The position numbers and the translations under genes are program-made. Source: an uncultured Gammaproteobacteria bacterium (lineage in GTDB: Bacteria; Patescibacteriota; Microgenomatia; Levybacterales; GWA1-39-11). Taken from it: DNA of 64,000 nucleotides. The notes beneath the pieces are model-generated. The model ran no database searches. It saw only the letters and a program-made list of their open reading frames with translations, and had not been told where the DNA came from. The DNA lies in assembly GCA_964452165.1 (NCBI GenBank), contig CAYVKP010000002.1, positions 24,074 through 88,073 of the forward strand, in the 5' to 3' direction. Positions 7,925 through 17,486 of the stretch are shown here, piece after piece (the stretch's first letter is position 1; every line of letters begins with the position of its first letter).

Positions 7925-8200
7925 ATGAGAAACTATCAATTGGTATTAGTTTTAAAATCAGATTTAAAAAAAGATCAAAAAGAAAAATTATTTAGCGACG
8001 TCAAAGCCTGGGTAGGGGAGACCAAGAATGACAAGATGGAATCCCTGGGTGAGAAAAAGTTTGCCTACCCAATAAAATCAGCCCGTAAAGGCGAATACGT
8101 AGTCATGTCTTTTGATACTGAAAAAGTGGACAACGATCTTAACAAGAAGCTTTTAATAAGAGATGAAATTTTGCGACACCTTCTCGTTAGAACAAATTAA
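7925..8200 (+). CDS. rpsF: 30S ribosomal protein S6
   Basis: 91 aa. MRNYQLVLVLKSDL..., a typical S6 N-terminus. Begins the conserved rpsF-ssb-rpsR arrangement. Confidence 0.9.
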   Translation: MRNYQLVLVLKSDLKKDQKEKLFSDVKAWVGETKNDKMESLGEKKFAYPIKSARKGEYVVMSFDTEKVDNDLNKKLLIRDEILRHLLVRTN

Positions 8201-8270
8201 CGAGAATAACCAATTAACAAAATTAATAGTTAATTTGTAAATTGGTCAATTTGTTAAAAGTTAAAATAAT

Positions 8271-8768
8271 ATGGCAAGAAGTCTTAATAAGGTAGAGTTG
8301 ATTGGAAATCTTACGCGCGATCCGGAATTGCGATACACACCGCAAGGAACGGCAGTTTGTACATTCGGTCTTGCAACAAATAGATCCTGGGTTACTGATT
8401 CAGGTGAAAAGAAAGAAGAAGCGGAATTTCACAGAATTGTTGCATGGAATAAGCTGGCAGAGCTTTGTTCGCAATTGTTAACAAAAGGAAGAAAGATTTA
8501 CGTCGAAGGAAGACTTGCGAATAGAAGTTGGACCGGACAAGATGGAGCGCAAAAAAACGTTACAGAAATTGTCATCAACGATATGATAATTCTTGATAAT
8601 AAGCGCGAAGGAGCAGGGGCAGAAGAAGCTGTACCAATGCCTGAAGAGGCCCAAGACAGCTCTATACCGGCGGAAGCGGCAGCTCCTAAAAAAAGCCCAA
8701 AAGTTGAAAAGGAACCGAAGCAAAGAGCGGAGTCTGAAGATGTAAATCCGGACGATATACCTTTCTAA
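8271..8768 (+). CDS. ssb: single-stranded DNA-binding protein
   Basis: An OB fold (…[19 protein letters not shown]…) and an acidic C-terminal tail ending DDIPF. Confidence 0.92.
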   Translation: MARSLNKVELIGNLTRDPELRYTPQGTAVCTFGLATNRSWVTDSGEKKEEAEFHRIVAWNKLAELCSQLLTKGRKIYVEGRLANRSWTGQDGAQKNVTEIVINDMIILDNKREGAGAEEAVPMPEEAQDSSIPAEAAAPKKSPKVEKEPKQRAESEDVNPDDIPF

Positions 8769-8794
8769 CATTTAACAAATTTATAATTAAAAAT

Positions 8795-9043
8795 ATGGCA
8801 AAAGAACAAAAAAGAAGTACAAAGAGAAAACAGGAAGTGAAAATGGATTGTTTTTTCTGCAAAGAAAAAAAAGAGCCAAGCTTTTTGGAGCAGGAAATGC
8901 TGAGCCGTTTTGTAAGCGAAAGAGGCAAAATAATGGCACGTACAAGGACCGGTCTTTGCAGCAAGCATCAGAGAAAATTGACGTCTGAGGTAAAACGCGC
9001 CCGCTATCTTGCTTTTCTCCCCTTTGTGGTCAGACCCGAGTAA
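8795..9043 (+). CDS. rpsR: 30S ribosomal protein S18
   Basis: 82 aa. [58 protein letters not shown] is the classic S18 sequence. Confidence 0.92.
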   Translation: MAKEQKRSTKRKQEVKMDCFFCKEKKEPSFLEQEMLSRFVSERGKIMARTRTGLCSKHQRKLTSEVKRARYLAFLPFVVRPE

Positions 9044-9119
9044 TTCTTGACTCTTGATCCCGTCAATCAAACCTAGTATTATTTAATTCTGTCCTCCTTC
9101 GCTCTTCGGGCTTGGGGGA

Positions 9120-10406
9120 TTGAAAATGAGGAAATTCGTTAATCTTCGTATATTCCATATTCTCATAATAGTAGTAGTCGCAGCTTTCGTTGGATATTTA
9201 ATTGGAGTCAATAAGATAAATATTGAGCTTAAAAACTATAGACCGATTGTCTCAATTTACCCCAAAGCTCCTCCTCCCGGCCAGAGCCTGAATCTTTCTC
9301 TTTTCTATCAAATTCTTGATAAGGTGAATCAAAGTTATTATGACAAGTCCAAGGTTAGTTCGGACAAGATTCTTCAGGGAGCAATCGACGGAATGCTGTC
9401 AACACTAGGCGATCCCTACACATCCTTTTTCCCTCCCGCAAGAAACTCAGATTTCAAAACACAGCTGGCCGGTCAGTTCTCGGGAATCGGCGCAGAACTA
9501 TCGTTATCAAACGATAAGAGAATTATAGTTGTATCCCCACTTGATGGATCTCCCGCGCAAAAAGCAGGGCTTGCTGCAGGAGATTTAGTACTTAAGGTGA
9601 ACGGTGAGGATACCTCCGGTTGGGAAGTCTCCCAAGCAGTCGATAAGATTAGAGGGCCAAAGGGAAGCTCTGTGGATCTTCAAATTCAACACGAGAAGAG
9701 TAAAAACCCTGTAGACGTAAAAATAGTTAGAGATACAATTGTTATCAAAAGTGTAGCATCATGGGTGAAAGATTATTCTTGCAGCAAAGACACATGTCAG
9801 GAAAAGACCGGATCACAAACGGTTGCGTATATTAGACTTTCCCAGTTTGGGGATAACACAAATGATGAATGGATTTCAGCGGTCAATGGCATTAACAATA
9901 AGATTTCCGGCAAAAAACTTAAAGGAGTTATTCTGGACCTTAGAAATAATCCTGGAGGATATCTTAATGACGCAGTCTTTATTGCCTCAGAATTTATAAA
10001 GAGTGGAGTAGTGGTTATCCAGGAAGATGGTGCAGGACAGAAAGATCCCATGTCAGTATCGCGCCATGGAACATTAACGGATTATCCCATAATTGTTCTT
10101 ATCAACAAAGGTTCGGCTTCTGCTTCTGAAATTGTCGCCGGCGCACTCCGTGATAACGGACGAGCAAAATTACTTGGAGATGTCTCGTTTGGGAAAGGGA
10201 CAGTTCAGCAGGCAATTGACCTTGATGGTGGAGGAAGCGTTCATATCTCCGTTGCCAAATGGTTAACGCCCGCCGGAACGTGGGTTAATAAGGTTGGTTT
10301 GAAGCCCGACATTTCTGTTCCGTTTGATGCCTCAAAAAGCTCAAAGCTTATTCCTCAAAAGCTTGATAATCAACTCCAAGCAGCAATCATCGAGCTTTTG
10401 AAGTAA
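9120..10406 (+). CDS. ctpA: C-terminal processing (tail-specific) peptidase, S41 family, with a PDZ domain
   Basis: N-terminal TM anchor, a PDZ domain, and an S41 catalytic region (…LINKGSASASEIVAGAL…). Confidence 0.85.
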   Translation: MKMRKFVNLRIFHILIIVVVAAFVGYLIGVNKINIELKNYRPIVSIYPKAPPPGQSLNLSLFYQILDKVNQSYYDKSKVSSDKILQGAIDGMLSTLGDPYTSFFPPARNSDFKTQLAGQFSGIGAELSLSNDKRIIVVSPLDGSPAQKAGLAAGDLVLKVNGEDTSGWEVSQAVDKIRGPKGSSVDLQIQHEKSKNPVDVKIVRDTIVIKSVASWVKDYSCSKDTCQEKTGSQTVAYIRLSQFGDNTNDEWISAVNGINNKISGKKLKGVILDLRNNPGGYLNDAVFIASEFIKSGVVVIQEDGAGQKDPMSVSRHGTLTDYPIIVLINKGSASASEIVAGALRDNGRAKLLGDVSFGKGTVQQAIDLDGGGSVHISVAKWLTPAGTWVNKVGLKPDISVPFDASKSSKLIPQKLDNQLQAAIIELLK

Positions 10407-10452
10407 ATTAAAGCTTCTTCCATACCAATCTCTATTTTGTTAAAATTACACC

Positions 10453-11043
10453 ATGGTTAAAGCAGAACATTATAGGTTTGCAGAGCAACAAATGCGAGAG
10501 TTCAGGGTTCATACAATTGCAGTACGAATCACTAAAGTTGATCGACTTGCTGATCAGATAGACGAAATAGATAGGAAAAATCCTGTAGTAAGGCTGTTTC
10601 AAAGAAGCGCCTTTGCGAGAGGATTGCTTGTCTCACGTATCGAACAAGAGGCTAGAGTAACAGATGATCAGGCAAAAACAGTAGACCTTATTGATGCGGC
10701 GGTGGGTTTGAAATTTACCGGAAGGGGGCCGGTGTCGCATAAAGACCATTTTAGGAGAATGCAGGGAATTGTTAACGGTGTTGAAGTCGACCTAATAGGT
10801 AGTTTGCCTCTCTCGGCAAATTCATGGAGAGTCTCAGGTATGGTTGGAGGTAAAGATGTAACGCATTATCCTCGCAAGCCAACAAATAAAACAGTACAAG
10901 ACTTTTTTGAGAGTATGTTGCCGGTTTTGGAAGAAAGAGAGCAGATAGCACAAGCTCAGCCCTTGCTGGAAGAAATGATGAGGGTTACGAGAAAAATTGC
11001 AAGAAGAGGAAACATTGGGGGTGTCCACCGAAGAAAACAATGA
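10453..11043 (+). CDS. hypothetical protein (196 aa)
   Basis: A long stop-free ORF in AT-rich DNA. Its 3' end overlaps the cysS start by 4 nt. No SD and no recognisable family. Confidence 0.45.
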   Translation: MVKAEHYRFAEQQMREFRVHTIAVRITKVDRLADQIDEIDRKNPVVRLFQRSAFARGLLVSRIEQEARVTDDQAKTVDLIDAAVGLKFTGRGPVSHKDHFRRMQGIVNGVEVDLIGSLPLSANSWRVSGMVGGKDVTHYPRKPTNKTVQDFFESMLPVLEEREQIAQAQPLLEEMMRVTRKIARRGNIGGVHRRKQ

Positions 11044-12428
11044 AGCTATATAACACACTTAGTCGTTCTCTTGAAGAGTTTGAGCCATTAAATCCACCCA
11101 AAGTTGGAATGTATGCTTGTGGTCCAACGGTTTACGACTATACACACATTGGTCATCTTAGAAAATACATAAACGATGATATTTTGGTTAGAGTCTTGAA
11201 GGCAAATAGCTTTGACGTTCGCCACGTCATGAATATAACTGACGTTGGTCACTTGAGTTCGGATGCGGATCTTGGCGAAGACAAGCTTGAGAAGGGAGCC
11301 AAGAAAATGGGTAAGAGTGTGCTTGAAGTGGCAGGATATTTTGAGGAAGATTTTTGGAGGTCGCTTAAGGCTGTTAATGTGCCAAAGCCGGACATTATAG
11401 CCCGAGCAACAGAGCATATCGAAGACCAAATTGCCCTCATCGAGACATTGATAGACAAAGGATACACTTACCAGACTGATCAAGCGATTTATTTTGATGT
11501 TTCAAAATTTCCCGACTATACAAAGCTTTCAGGGCAATCTCTTGAAGATAAAATTACTGGTGCAAGAGGCGACGTAGTTGTGGACAATAAGAAGAAAAAT
11601 CCCGCCGATTTTGCGGTTTGGTTTTTTACGGTGGGCAGATTCGCAAGCCACGCATTGCATTGGCCGGCGCCATTCGGTGAGGGATTTCCCGGTTGGCATA
11701 TTGAGTGTTCGGCCATGTCAATGAAATATCTAGGCTTGAGTTTTGATATTCATACGGGTGGAATAGATCATGTCTCGGTTCATCATACTAATGAAATTGC
11801 CCAGAGCGAGGCGGCAACCGGTGTGCCGTTCGTAAAATATTGGGTGCATTATGCATTTCTTAATGTTGATGAGGAGAAGATGAGCAAGTCTTTGGGGAAT
11901 TTCTACAGAATTTCAGATCTTAAAAATCAGGGATTTGCCCCCATGGCTTTTCGGTACTTTACATATCAAGCACATTACAGATCCGAATTGAATTTCACTT
12001 TTGAAGCTCTGGAGTCGGCTCAGATTGCGCTTAACAAGCTCTACGAGATTGCAGCAGGATTTACTAACGTAAATAAACATGAGGACATAGAATATGAGCG
12101 GGATTTTCTTGATGCGGTAAGTCAAGATTTGAATATCCCAAAAGCCGTTTCAATCATGTGGGATATGTTAGGTTCAGATCTCAAAGATGACGTCAAGGCG
12201 GCAACACTTTTTAAAATGGACCAAGTTTTGGGTCTTAGAATTGCCGAGAACGCGAAAAGATTAACACAAATCCCTCCAAGTGTTATGAAAATGGTTGTGG
12301 AACGCGAGAAACTGCGAAAGCAAAAGAAATTCACTCAGGCAGACCATTTGAGAAATAGAATTGAGAATTTTGGATACGAAGTTAAAGACGAAGAAGGAAA
12401 AACTAAGGTACTCCGAAAACTGCAGTAG
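11040..12428 (+). CDS. cysS: cysteinyl-tRNA synthetase
   Basis: Class I aaRS with …CGPTVYDYTHIGHLR… (HIGH) and KMSKS motifs and Zn-binding Cys residues. Confidence 0.95.
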   Translation: MKLYNTLSRSLEEFEPLNPPKVGMYACGPTVYDYTHIGHLRKYINDDILVRVLKANSFDVRHVMNITDVGHLSSDADLGEDKLEKGAKKMGKSVLEVAGYFEEDFWRSLKAVNVPKPDIIARATEHIEDQIALIETLIDKGYTYQTDQAIYFDVSKFPDYTKLSGQSLEDKITGARGDVVVDNKKKNPADFAVWFFTVGRFASHALHWPAPFGEGFPGWHIECSAMSMKYLGLSFDIHTGGIDHVSVHHTNEIAQSEAATGVPFVKYWVHYAFLNVDEEKMSKSLGNFYRISDLKNQGFAPMAFRYFTYQAHYRSELNFTFEALESAQIALNKLYEIAAGFTNVNKHEDIEYERDFLDAVSQDLNIPKAVSIMWDMLGSDLKDDVKAATLFKMDQVLGLRIAENAKRLTQIPPSVMKMVVEREKLRKQKKFTQADHLRNRIENFGYEVKDEEGKTKVLRKLQ

Positions 12429-12429
12429 A

Positions 12430-13227
12430 TTATTTTGTAATCGGTTGAATTTTTCCGGCAGATCCGCTTGAGACCGGTGCAACAGACGAGCTAACGCTCT
12501 CAAACTTTTTCATGAGGGATGAGGCAGGTATTGCCGCAAATACAATAACTCGCGAAGCATTTACTTGATCTTTTATTTTAGGATCCGCAAACCCTACAGC
12601 AATTATTCTCTGGTCAACCTGGATTTTTGAGAAGCCTGATTTTGTGCTTTCTCCTTTGTCGTAAGAGCTGGTTTTGGTTGATGTATCTATGTTTATTGTT
12701 TTTTTCTTCCCGTCTTCTGCCACCAGGACTAGCGTGAATTCTTTTGTGTCCTTTGAGGCAACTACTCCCTCAAGATTTAATGGAACGCTTTTTTCTTTTG
12801 ATACAAATCTTGCAAGAAGTCTTCTTGTATCTTTATTGTACAGCCCGATAACCGAAAGAGTGTCTCCATTTTTGATATCTGATATTCCAAAGCTCTGATC
12901 TGAGTCCGACTCAAACTTTGTAAGTTCATCAATATCCACCTGTCTTTCTTTTCCGTTGTCATCATTCAGGGCAATTTGAGTATTTGAAGATGTTTTGACC
13001 GTTCCAAGAATCGCGCGTTTGTCAACGAGCTTGAGTTCTGCCACTTTGCTCGCAACCAGATCCTTTATTTTCTCAATCTCTGTATCTACGGGAGTCGGGT
13101 TTTCTTTGGGTTTTGCGGTAGGAGTTACCTTGAGGGTTGGCGATGGAGTGGGAGACAGCGCGAAAGACGTAGTAGTTATTAAAAACATCATTGCTACTAT
13201 GGTTATTGCTATTGAAATCTTTTTCAT
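12430..13227 (-). CDS. secreted hypothetical protein (265 aa) with signal peptide
   Basis: N-terminal MKKISIAITIVAMMFLITTTSFALSPTP signal, a Pro/Thr linker and a beta-rich body. No family recognised. Confidence 0.6.
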   Translation of the reverse strand: MKKISIAITIVAMMFLITTTSFALSPTPSPTLKVTPTAKPKENPTPVDTEIEKIKDLVASKVAELKLVDKRAILGTVKTSSNTQIALNDDNGKERQVDIDELTKFESDSDQSFGISDIKNGDTLSVIGLYNKDTRRLLARFVSKEKSVPLNLEGVVASKDTKEFTLVLVAEDGKKKTINIDTSTKTSSYDKGESTKSGFSKIQVDQRIIAVGFADPKIKDQVNASRVIVFAAIPASSLMKKFESVSSSVAPVSSGSAGKIQPITK

Positions 13228-13650
13228 TTAAAAATCTTCAGTTGAGAAAGTAACGACTCGTGTATCTTGCGCTTCTTCTCCATTCTCACCAATTGCTCGC
13301 GTAATTATTCTATTTGCGCCGGCATCGATAGTAATAGTCACTGAGAAATTGCCGTCATTTGACGGGTTTGCAACAACATCCTCCTGATTTGTGGAGACGA
13401 CAATTGTAGTCCCGGGGTTGGCTTTTCCCTTAACTTGAATAGAGCGTCTATCAGATATTGACTCGTCTGTCGGCGAATTGACAACCAGATACAGAGAGCT
13501 TTTGGGAGTAGGGGTAACATCGTTTATAGCGGTCACGTGATTTGATTTCTGAGGTATGTTTTTTGTTTGTTGGTAGAGGAAAAAGATGAGTGTTGTAACG
13601 AGCAGCCCAATTGCGATTGCAATAAAAACAATTATGACTTTCTCCCGCAT
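13228..13650 (-). CDS. membrane-anchored or secreted hypothetical protein (start chosen at the internal Met, MREKVIIVFIAIAIGLLV...)
   Basis: The ORF-track version (to 13881) would overlap the opposite-strand ORF at 13769-14260. The internal Met gives a clean signal anchor plus a beta-rich, Ig-like-looking domain. Confidence 0.5.
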   Translation of the reverse strand: MREKVIIVFIAIAIGLLVTTLIFFLYQQTKNIPQKSNHVTAINDVTPTPKSSLYLVVNSPTDESISDRRSIQVKGKANPGTTIVVSTNQEDVVANPSNDGNFSVTITIDAGANRIITRAIGENGEEAQDTRVVTFSTEDF

Positions 13651-13768
13651 ACACTTCGACTTGTTGTGAAGATCTAAGTCTTGGTGCAAGCCGTGCCCAA
13701 TATGATAGTCCAAAAAGGATCTCTTGTCAAGGAAGCTCAAACTGTGATAGGATAGAATTCCTAAAAAT

Positions 13769-14260
13769 ATGGAAGTCTCAAGTGTCGGTCCCAAAAACCT
13801 AAAAATCAAATCAAAAAACGCCAATTTTATCATAAATCCTACAGGAAAAGTTGACACGGAAGTCGTCATCTTCACGGACAAACCGGGTAGTTACACCGGA
13901 ATGTCTCAGAATTTAATTATTGATGGTCCGGGAGAGTATGAAGTGTCGGGAGTAAGCATAAAAGGCGAGAAGACGGGAAGCGGAGTATCTTTTGATTTTC
14001 TTGAAGAAAACCAAAACCTTCTGGTTTTAGCAAACACTGCAGCAGCAAAATCCAAAGACGTGGAAGGATATACTGCGGTTGTTGTTTTGGCCGATGATAA
14101 AGTTGACAACGCTCTCGCGTCTCTAACTTCTGAGGTTATCGCAGTTGCGGGTACTGATGAGGTTTTGCCTTCTGAAAGAGAAAATGTAAGAAAAGTAGAA
14201 AAATTGAATCTTAAGAAAGTAGAAGAATATAAAGGCTTAATAGTTCATCTCTCAAAATAA
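13769..14260 (+). CDS. hypothetical protein (163 aa), immediately upstream of dnaB
   Basis: Long ORF with a weak beta-lactamase-fold-like N-terminus (KIKSKNANFIINPTGKVD). It is not ribosomal protein L9, which usually sits in this position. Confidence 0.45.
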   Translation: MEVSSVGPKNLKIKSKNANFIINPTGKVDTEVVIFTDKPGSYTGMSQNLIIDGPGEYEVSGVSIKGEKTGSGVSFDFLEENQNLLVLANTAAAKSKDVEGYTAVVVLADDKVDNALASLTSEVIAVAGTDEVLPSERENVRKVEKLNLKKVEEYKGLIVHLSK

Positions 14261-14272
14261 CTCAGTAAGTAT

Positions 14273-15607
14273 ATGGCAGGACAAAGAATTCCCCCACATA
14301 GTGAGGAAGCAGAACAGGCGGTACTCGGTGCAATTCTCATTGATCATGAGGCAATAAATTCTGTTGTTCAAATTGTAAAAGCAGGCTTTTTTTATAATGG
14401 TCGCAATAAATTAATTTTTGAGACAATGGTTTCGCTATACGAGGAGAGAAAACCAATTGATCTTCTTACTTTAACCCATGCCCTCAAAAAAAAGAAAATA
14501 TATGAGGATGTTGGAGGATCCGAATATCTGACATCTCTTGCGTCTGCTGTCCCAACGGCTGCCAACATTGAGCATTATGCTCAAATTCTTAAGGAAGCAT
14601 ACATTCGTCGGTCACTCGTGACAATTGCTGCCAACATGACAGATCTTTCTTTTTCTGAGGATAAACCCTCGGGAGAACTTCTTGATACCGTTGAACAGAC
14701 AATATTTTCCATTTCTCAGGAAAATGTAAAGCAGGGGTTTGTTCACGTTAAAGATGCTCTTGCGGAAAGCTTCGATAAGCTAGACGAGCTTCATAAGAGG
14801 CAATCTGCTTACCGCGGGATCGAGACGGGATTTGTAGATTTGGATCTTCTCTTGTCGGGTCTTCAGGATTCAAACCTTATAGTTTTGGCCGCGCGTCCGG
14901 GACAAGGAAAAACCGCCTTTGTTATTAATATTGCCCAGCACATTTCAACAGTTAATAAAATTCCCGTAGGTGTTTTTTCACTTGAAATGAGCAAGGAGGA
15001 GCTTGTTGATCGTTTGCTTATTTCACAAGCAAATATCGACGCCTGGAAACTCAAGACAGGTAAACTGTCAGATGATGATTTTGAAAAACTGTCATCTGCA
15101 ATGGGAGAACTGGCTGAATCCCCTATATTTATAGATGATACTCCGGGAATTTCGATAGCCGAGATAAGAAGCAAGGCAAGACGCCTTCAGATGGAACACG
15201 GAATGAAAATGTTAATAGTCGATTATCTTCAGCTCATAAATCCGGGGAGACGTTTTGAAAATCGCGTGCAGGAGGTTACATATATATCTACCTCGCTTAA
15301 AAATTTAGCTCGTGAACTTAAAATCCCAGTTCTTGCCGTTTCTCAGCTTTCACGTGCAGTAGAGCATAGAGGAGAGCGAAAGCCACAACTTGCGGATCTT
15401 CGTGAATCGGGATCAATCGAACAGGACGCAGACGTTGTTATGTTTCTCTACACAAAAGACGAGGAATTTACCCCGCAAAGAATTGTTAGTATTAACATTG
15501 CAAAACATAGAAATGGCCCAGTTGGCGAACGGGAGCTTCTTTTCCGCGGAGACAGAATTAAATTCTTCAATATTGAACACACGCAGACGGAAGCGACTGC
15601 AAACTAA
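14273..15607 (+). CDS. dnaB: replicative DNA helicase
   Basis: 444 aa. A DnaB N-terminal domain (EAEQAVLGAILID) plus a RecA-like C-terminus with a Walker A (GARPGQGKTAF) motif. Confidence 0.95.
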   Translation: MAGQRIPPHSEEAEQAVLGAILIDHEAINSVVQIVKAGFFYNGRNKLIFETMVSLYEERKPIDLLTLTHALKKKKIYEDVGGSEYLTSLASAVPTAANIEHYAQILKEAYIRRSLVTIAANMTDLSFSEDKPSGELLDTVEQTIFSISQENVKQGFVHVKDALAESFDKLDELHKRQSAYRGIETGFVDLDLLLSGLQDSNLIVLAARPGQGKTAFVINIAQHISTVNKIPVGVFSLEMSKEELVDRLLISQANIDAWKLKTGKLSDDDFEKLSSAMGELAESPIFIDDTPGISIAEIRSKARRLQMEHGMKMLIVDYLQLINPGRRFENRVQEVTYISTSLKNLARELKIPVLAVSQLSRAVEHRGERKPQLADLRESGSIEQDADVVMFLYTKDEEFTPQRIVSINIAKHRNGPVGERELLFRGDRIKFFNIEHTQTEATAN

Positions 15608-15698
15608 CCTCGGGTTTTAGTATAATTGTCGGATGTCGATCTCGTTTTGTGCCAGTTTCAGCTTGTTTGAACCTGGTACTGAGGAGTTTTACGATGAG

Positions 15699-15769
15699 GG
15701 GCCTATGGTTCAGTGGTAGAACAGGGCATTCGCATTGCCCAGACGCCAGTCCGATTCTGGCTAGGTCCA
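15699..15769 (+). tRNA. tRNA-Ala (anticodon CGC)
   Basis: Hand-folded cloverleaf. Acceptor stem GGGCCTA/TAGGTCC with the G3:U70 Ala identity pair, D-arm GTTC-AGTGGTA-GAAC, anticodon stem GGGCA/TGCCC with loop TTCGCAT, and T-arm GCCAG-TCCGATT-CTGGC. CCA is not encoded. Confidence 0.8.
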
Positions 15770-15772
15770 CAA

Positions 15773-16333
15773 TTAATTTAGAGAAGAAACAAATTCCCTG
15801 ACTTTTTCTCGCAGCTCCTCAATGGTACCATTGTTTTCAATGATTATATTCGCAAGCTTTAGACATTCACCAACTTGTTGCGCGTATTCGCCGGTTTGCG
15901 CAAGTTCACGATCGTCAAGCTCTTTAAACTGATCAAATGTTATATCTTCATTCATAAGGCCTCTGTGTTTAAGTCTCTCATAACGTGTTTTTTGATCTGC
16001 ATCAATTCCCATAACCCTGGCGTCGTATTTTGATTTTAAAAATTCGATTTCATGAGGGTTTCGGGCTCCGTCAATTACAACAAGCTCGGGATTTTCCCTA
16101 TCAATTACATCCGCATTTCTTCTAGCCCACACGTCTGGGCCAATATTTTTTCTGAGCTCATTGGAAATTTCATTAAGAGTGAATCTTGTGACTTCCTGTC
16201 CGCGATTTTTAATTTCTTCCTTGATTCTGTCTGAGAAAGAGTAGGGCACATATCCCATTTCTTTGAGAATCTCAACAAGAGTTCCCTTTCCGGCAGCAAT
16301 AGGTCCTACAATGCAAATTACGCTTTTAACCAT
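15773..16333 (-). CDS. P-loop nucleoside/nucleotide kinase (adenylate/cytidylate-kinase-like)
   Basis: 186 aa. Walker A is VGPIAAGKGT, and there are lid-like R-rich segments. Sits between two tRNA genes. Confidence 0.7.
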   Translation of the reverse strand: MVKSVICIVGPIAAGKGTLVEILKEMGYVPYSFSDRIKEEIKNRGQEVTRFTLNEISNELRKNIGPDVWARRNADVIDRENPELVVIDGARNPHEIEFLKSKYDARVMGIDADQKTRYERLKHRGLMNEDITFDQFKELDDRELAQTGEYAQQVGECLKLANIIIENNGTIEELREKVREFVSSLN

Positions 16334-16384
16334 TCCGATATTTTAAAATTTAACTAAATTTAAATCAATGAAGATATAAATATG

Positions 16385-16467
16385 TGGGCGAGGAGGGAGT
16401 CGAACCCACACAGCCTTGCGACTAGTAGTTTTTGAGACTACCGCGTATACCATTCCGCCACTCGCCC
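16385..16467 (-). tRNA. tRNA-Leu (anticodon CAA), type II with a long variable arm
   Basis: The reverse complement gives acceptor GGGCGAG/CTCGCCC, a 3-bp D-stem, anticodon stem GTAGT/ACTAC with loop CTCAAAA, a long variable arm and T-loop TTCGACT. Confidence 0.8.
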
Positions 16468-16520
16468 ATATATCCGTTCAAGATTGAGTTTTGAACCTAC
16501 ATATTATATAATTTCAGGAT

Positions 16521-17486
16521 ATGACAATTCAAGAAATATACGATTTAGCAATTGAAATGGCGACAAAAGCAGATCCAAGAGGCGTTGAAAAAGTTAAGAG
16601 AGTACTCGAGAAGAGGAAAAAAGCATTTAAGGAATTAAAAGAAGACAAAAAGAAATTTTTTGACCCCGAGACCTTAACAAATCCGTACTCCGATTCAAGA
16701 ATCTTGTATGGAGATCCAAAAACAAAAGTTAAAAAACTTATGGCAGGCATTGATGCAGACGCAGCTGAAGTCCTTATTATGGATAGGCTTAATCAACTTG
16801 GAAAAAAGATTGATCTTTTGATATCTCACCATCCGAGTGGACACGCATTGGCCTCGCTTCACGAGGTTATGGATATGCAGATTGATATGGCCGCCGCAAG
16901 TGGGGTTCCTGAAAATGTTGCAGATGCGATTATGAACAACAGAATGAATATTGTTCAGCGAAGGATCAGTCCCATCAATCATGGACAAGCGGTTGATGCC
17001 GCAAGGCTTTTGGGTATTCCACTTTTATCACTCCATACAATTTGGGATAACCTCGGAGACTTCTTTACAAAAAATTATTTAACTAAAAAGAAGCTCGATA
17101 CCGCAGGTGACGTTCTTGAATACATTAAAGAAATTCCGGAGTTCGTAGAATCTACAAGAGGAAAAGCCGGACCGTTTATCGCAGCTGGAAGTGCAAGCAG
17201 ACGTGCAGGAAGAATCGCAGTTACTTTCACAGGTGGAACAAATCCTTCAAAAGAATTTTACGCAGAGTTGGCCAAAGCTGGAGTAGGGACCTTGGTTGAG
17301 ATGCATGTTCCGGAGGATTCGGTTGAAGTCATAAACAAAAGCCATATGAATGTTATCGATGCGGGACACATGGCAGCCGATTCAATTGGTGCAAATATTT
17401 TCTTTGATGAGCTTGAAAGACGCGGAGTAGAAATTGTTCCTTGCTCGGGCCTCATTCGTATCAGGCGAAAGGAAAAGTTTGTATGA
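16521..17486 (+). CDS. NIF3-family dinuclear metal centre protein (YqfO/GTP cyclohydrolase I type 2 homologue)
   Basis: 321 aa. The conserved …LLISHHP… motif and a bipartite NIF3 fold. Confidence 0.8.
   Translation: MTIQEIYDLAIEMATKADPRGVEKVKRVLEKRKKAFKELKEDKKKFFDPETLTNPYSDSRILYGDPKTKVKKLMAGIDADAAEVLIMDRLNQLGKKIDLLISHHPSGHALASLHEVMDMQIDMAAASGVPENVADAIMNNRMNIVQRRISPINHGQAVDAARLLGIPLLSLHTIWDNLGDFFTKNYLTKKKLDTAGDVLEYIKEIPEFVESTRGKAGPFIAAGSASRRAGRIAVTFTGGTNPSKEFYAELAKAGVGTLVEMHVPEDSVEVINKSHMNVIDAGHMAADSIGANIFFDELERRGVEIVPCSGLIRIRRKEKFV

Noticed and set aside
13651-13881. N-terminal 77-aa extension of the minus-strand secreted protein
   Set aside because: It overlaps the opposite-strand ORF and has no recognisable features. 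The internal Met start is preferred.
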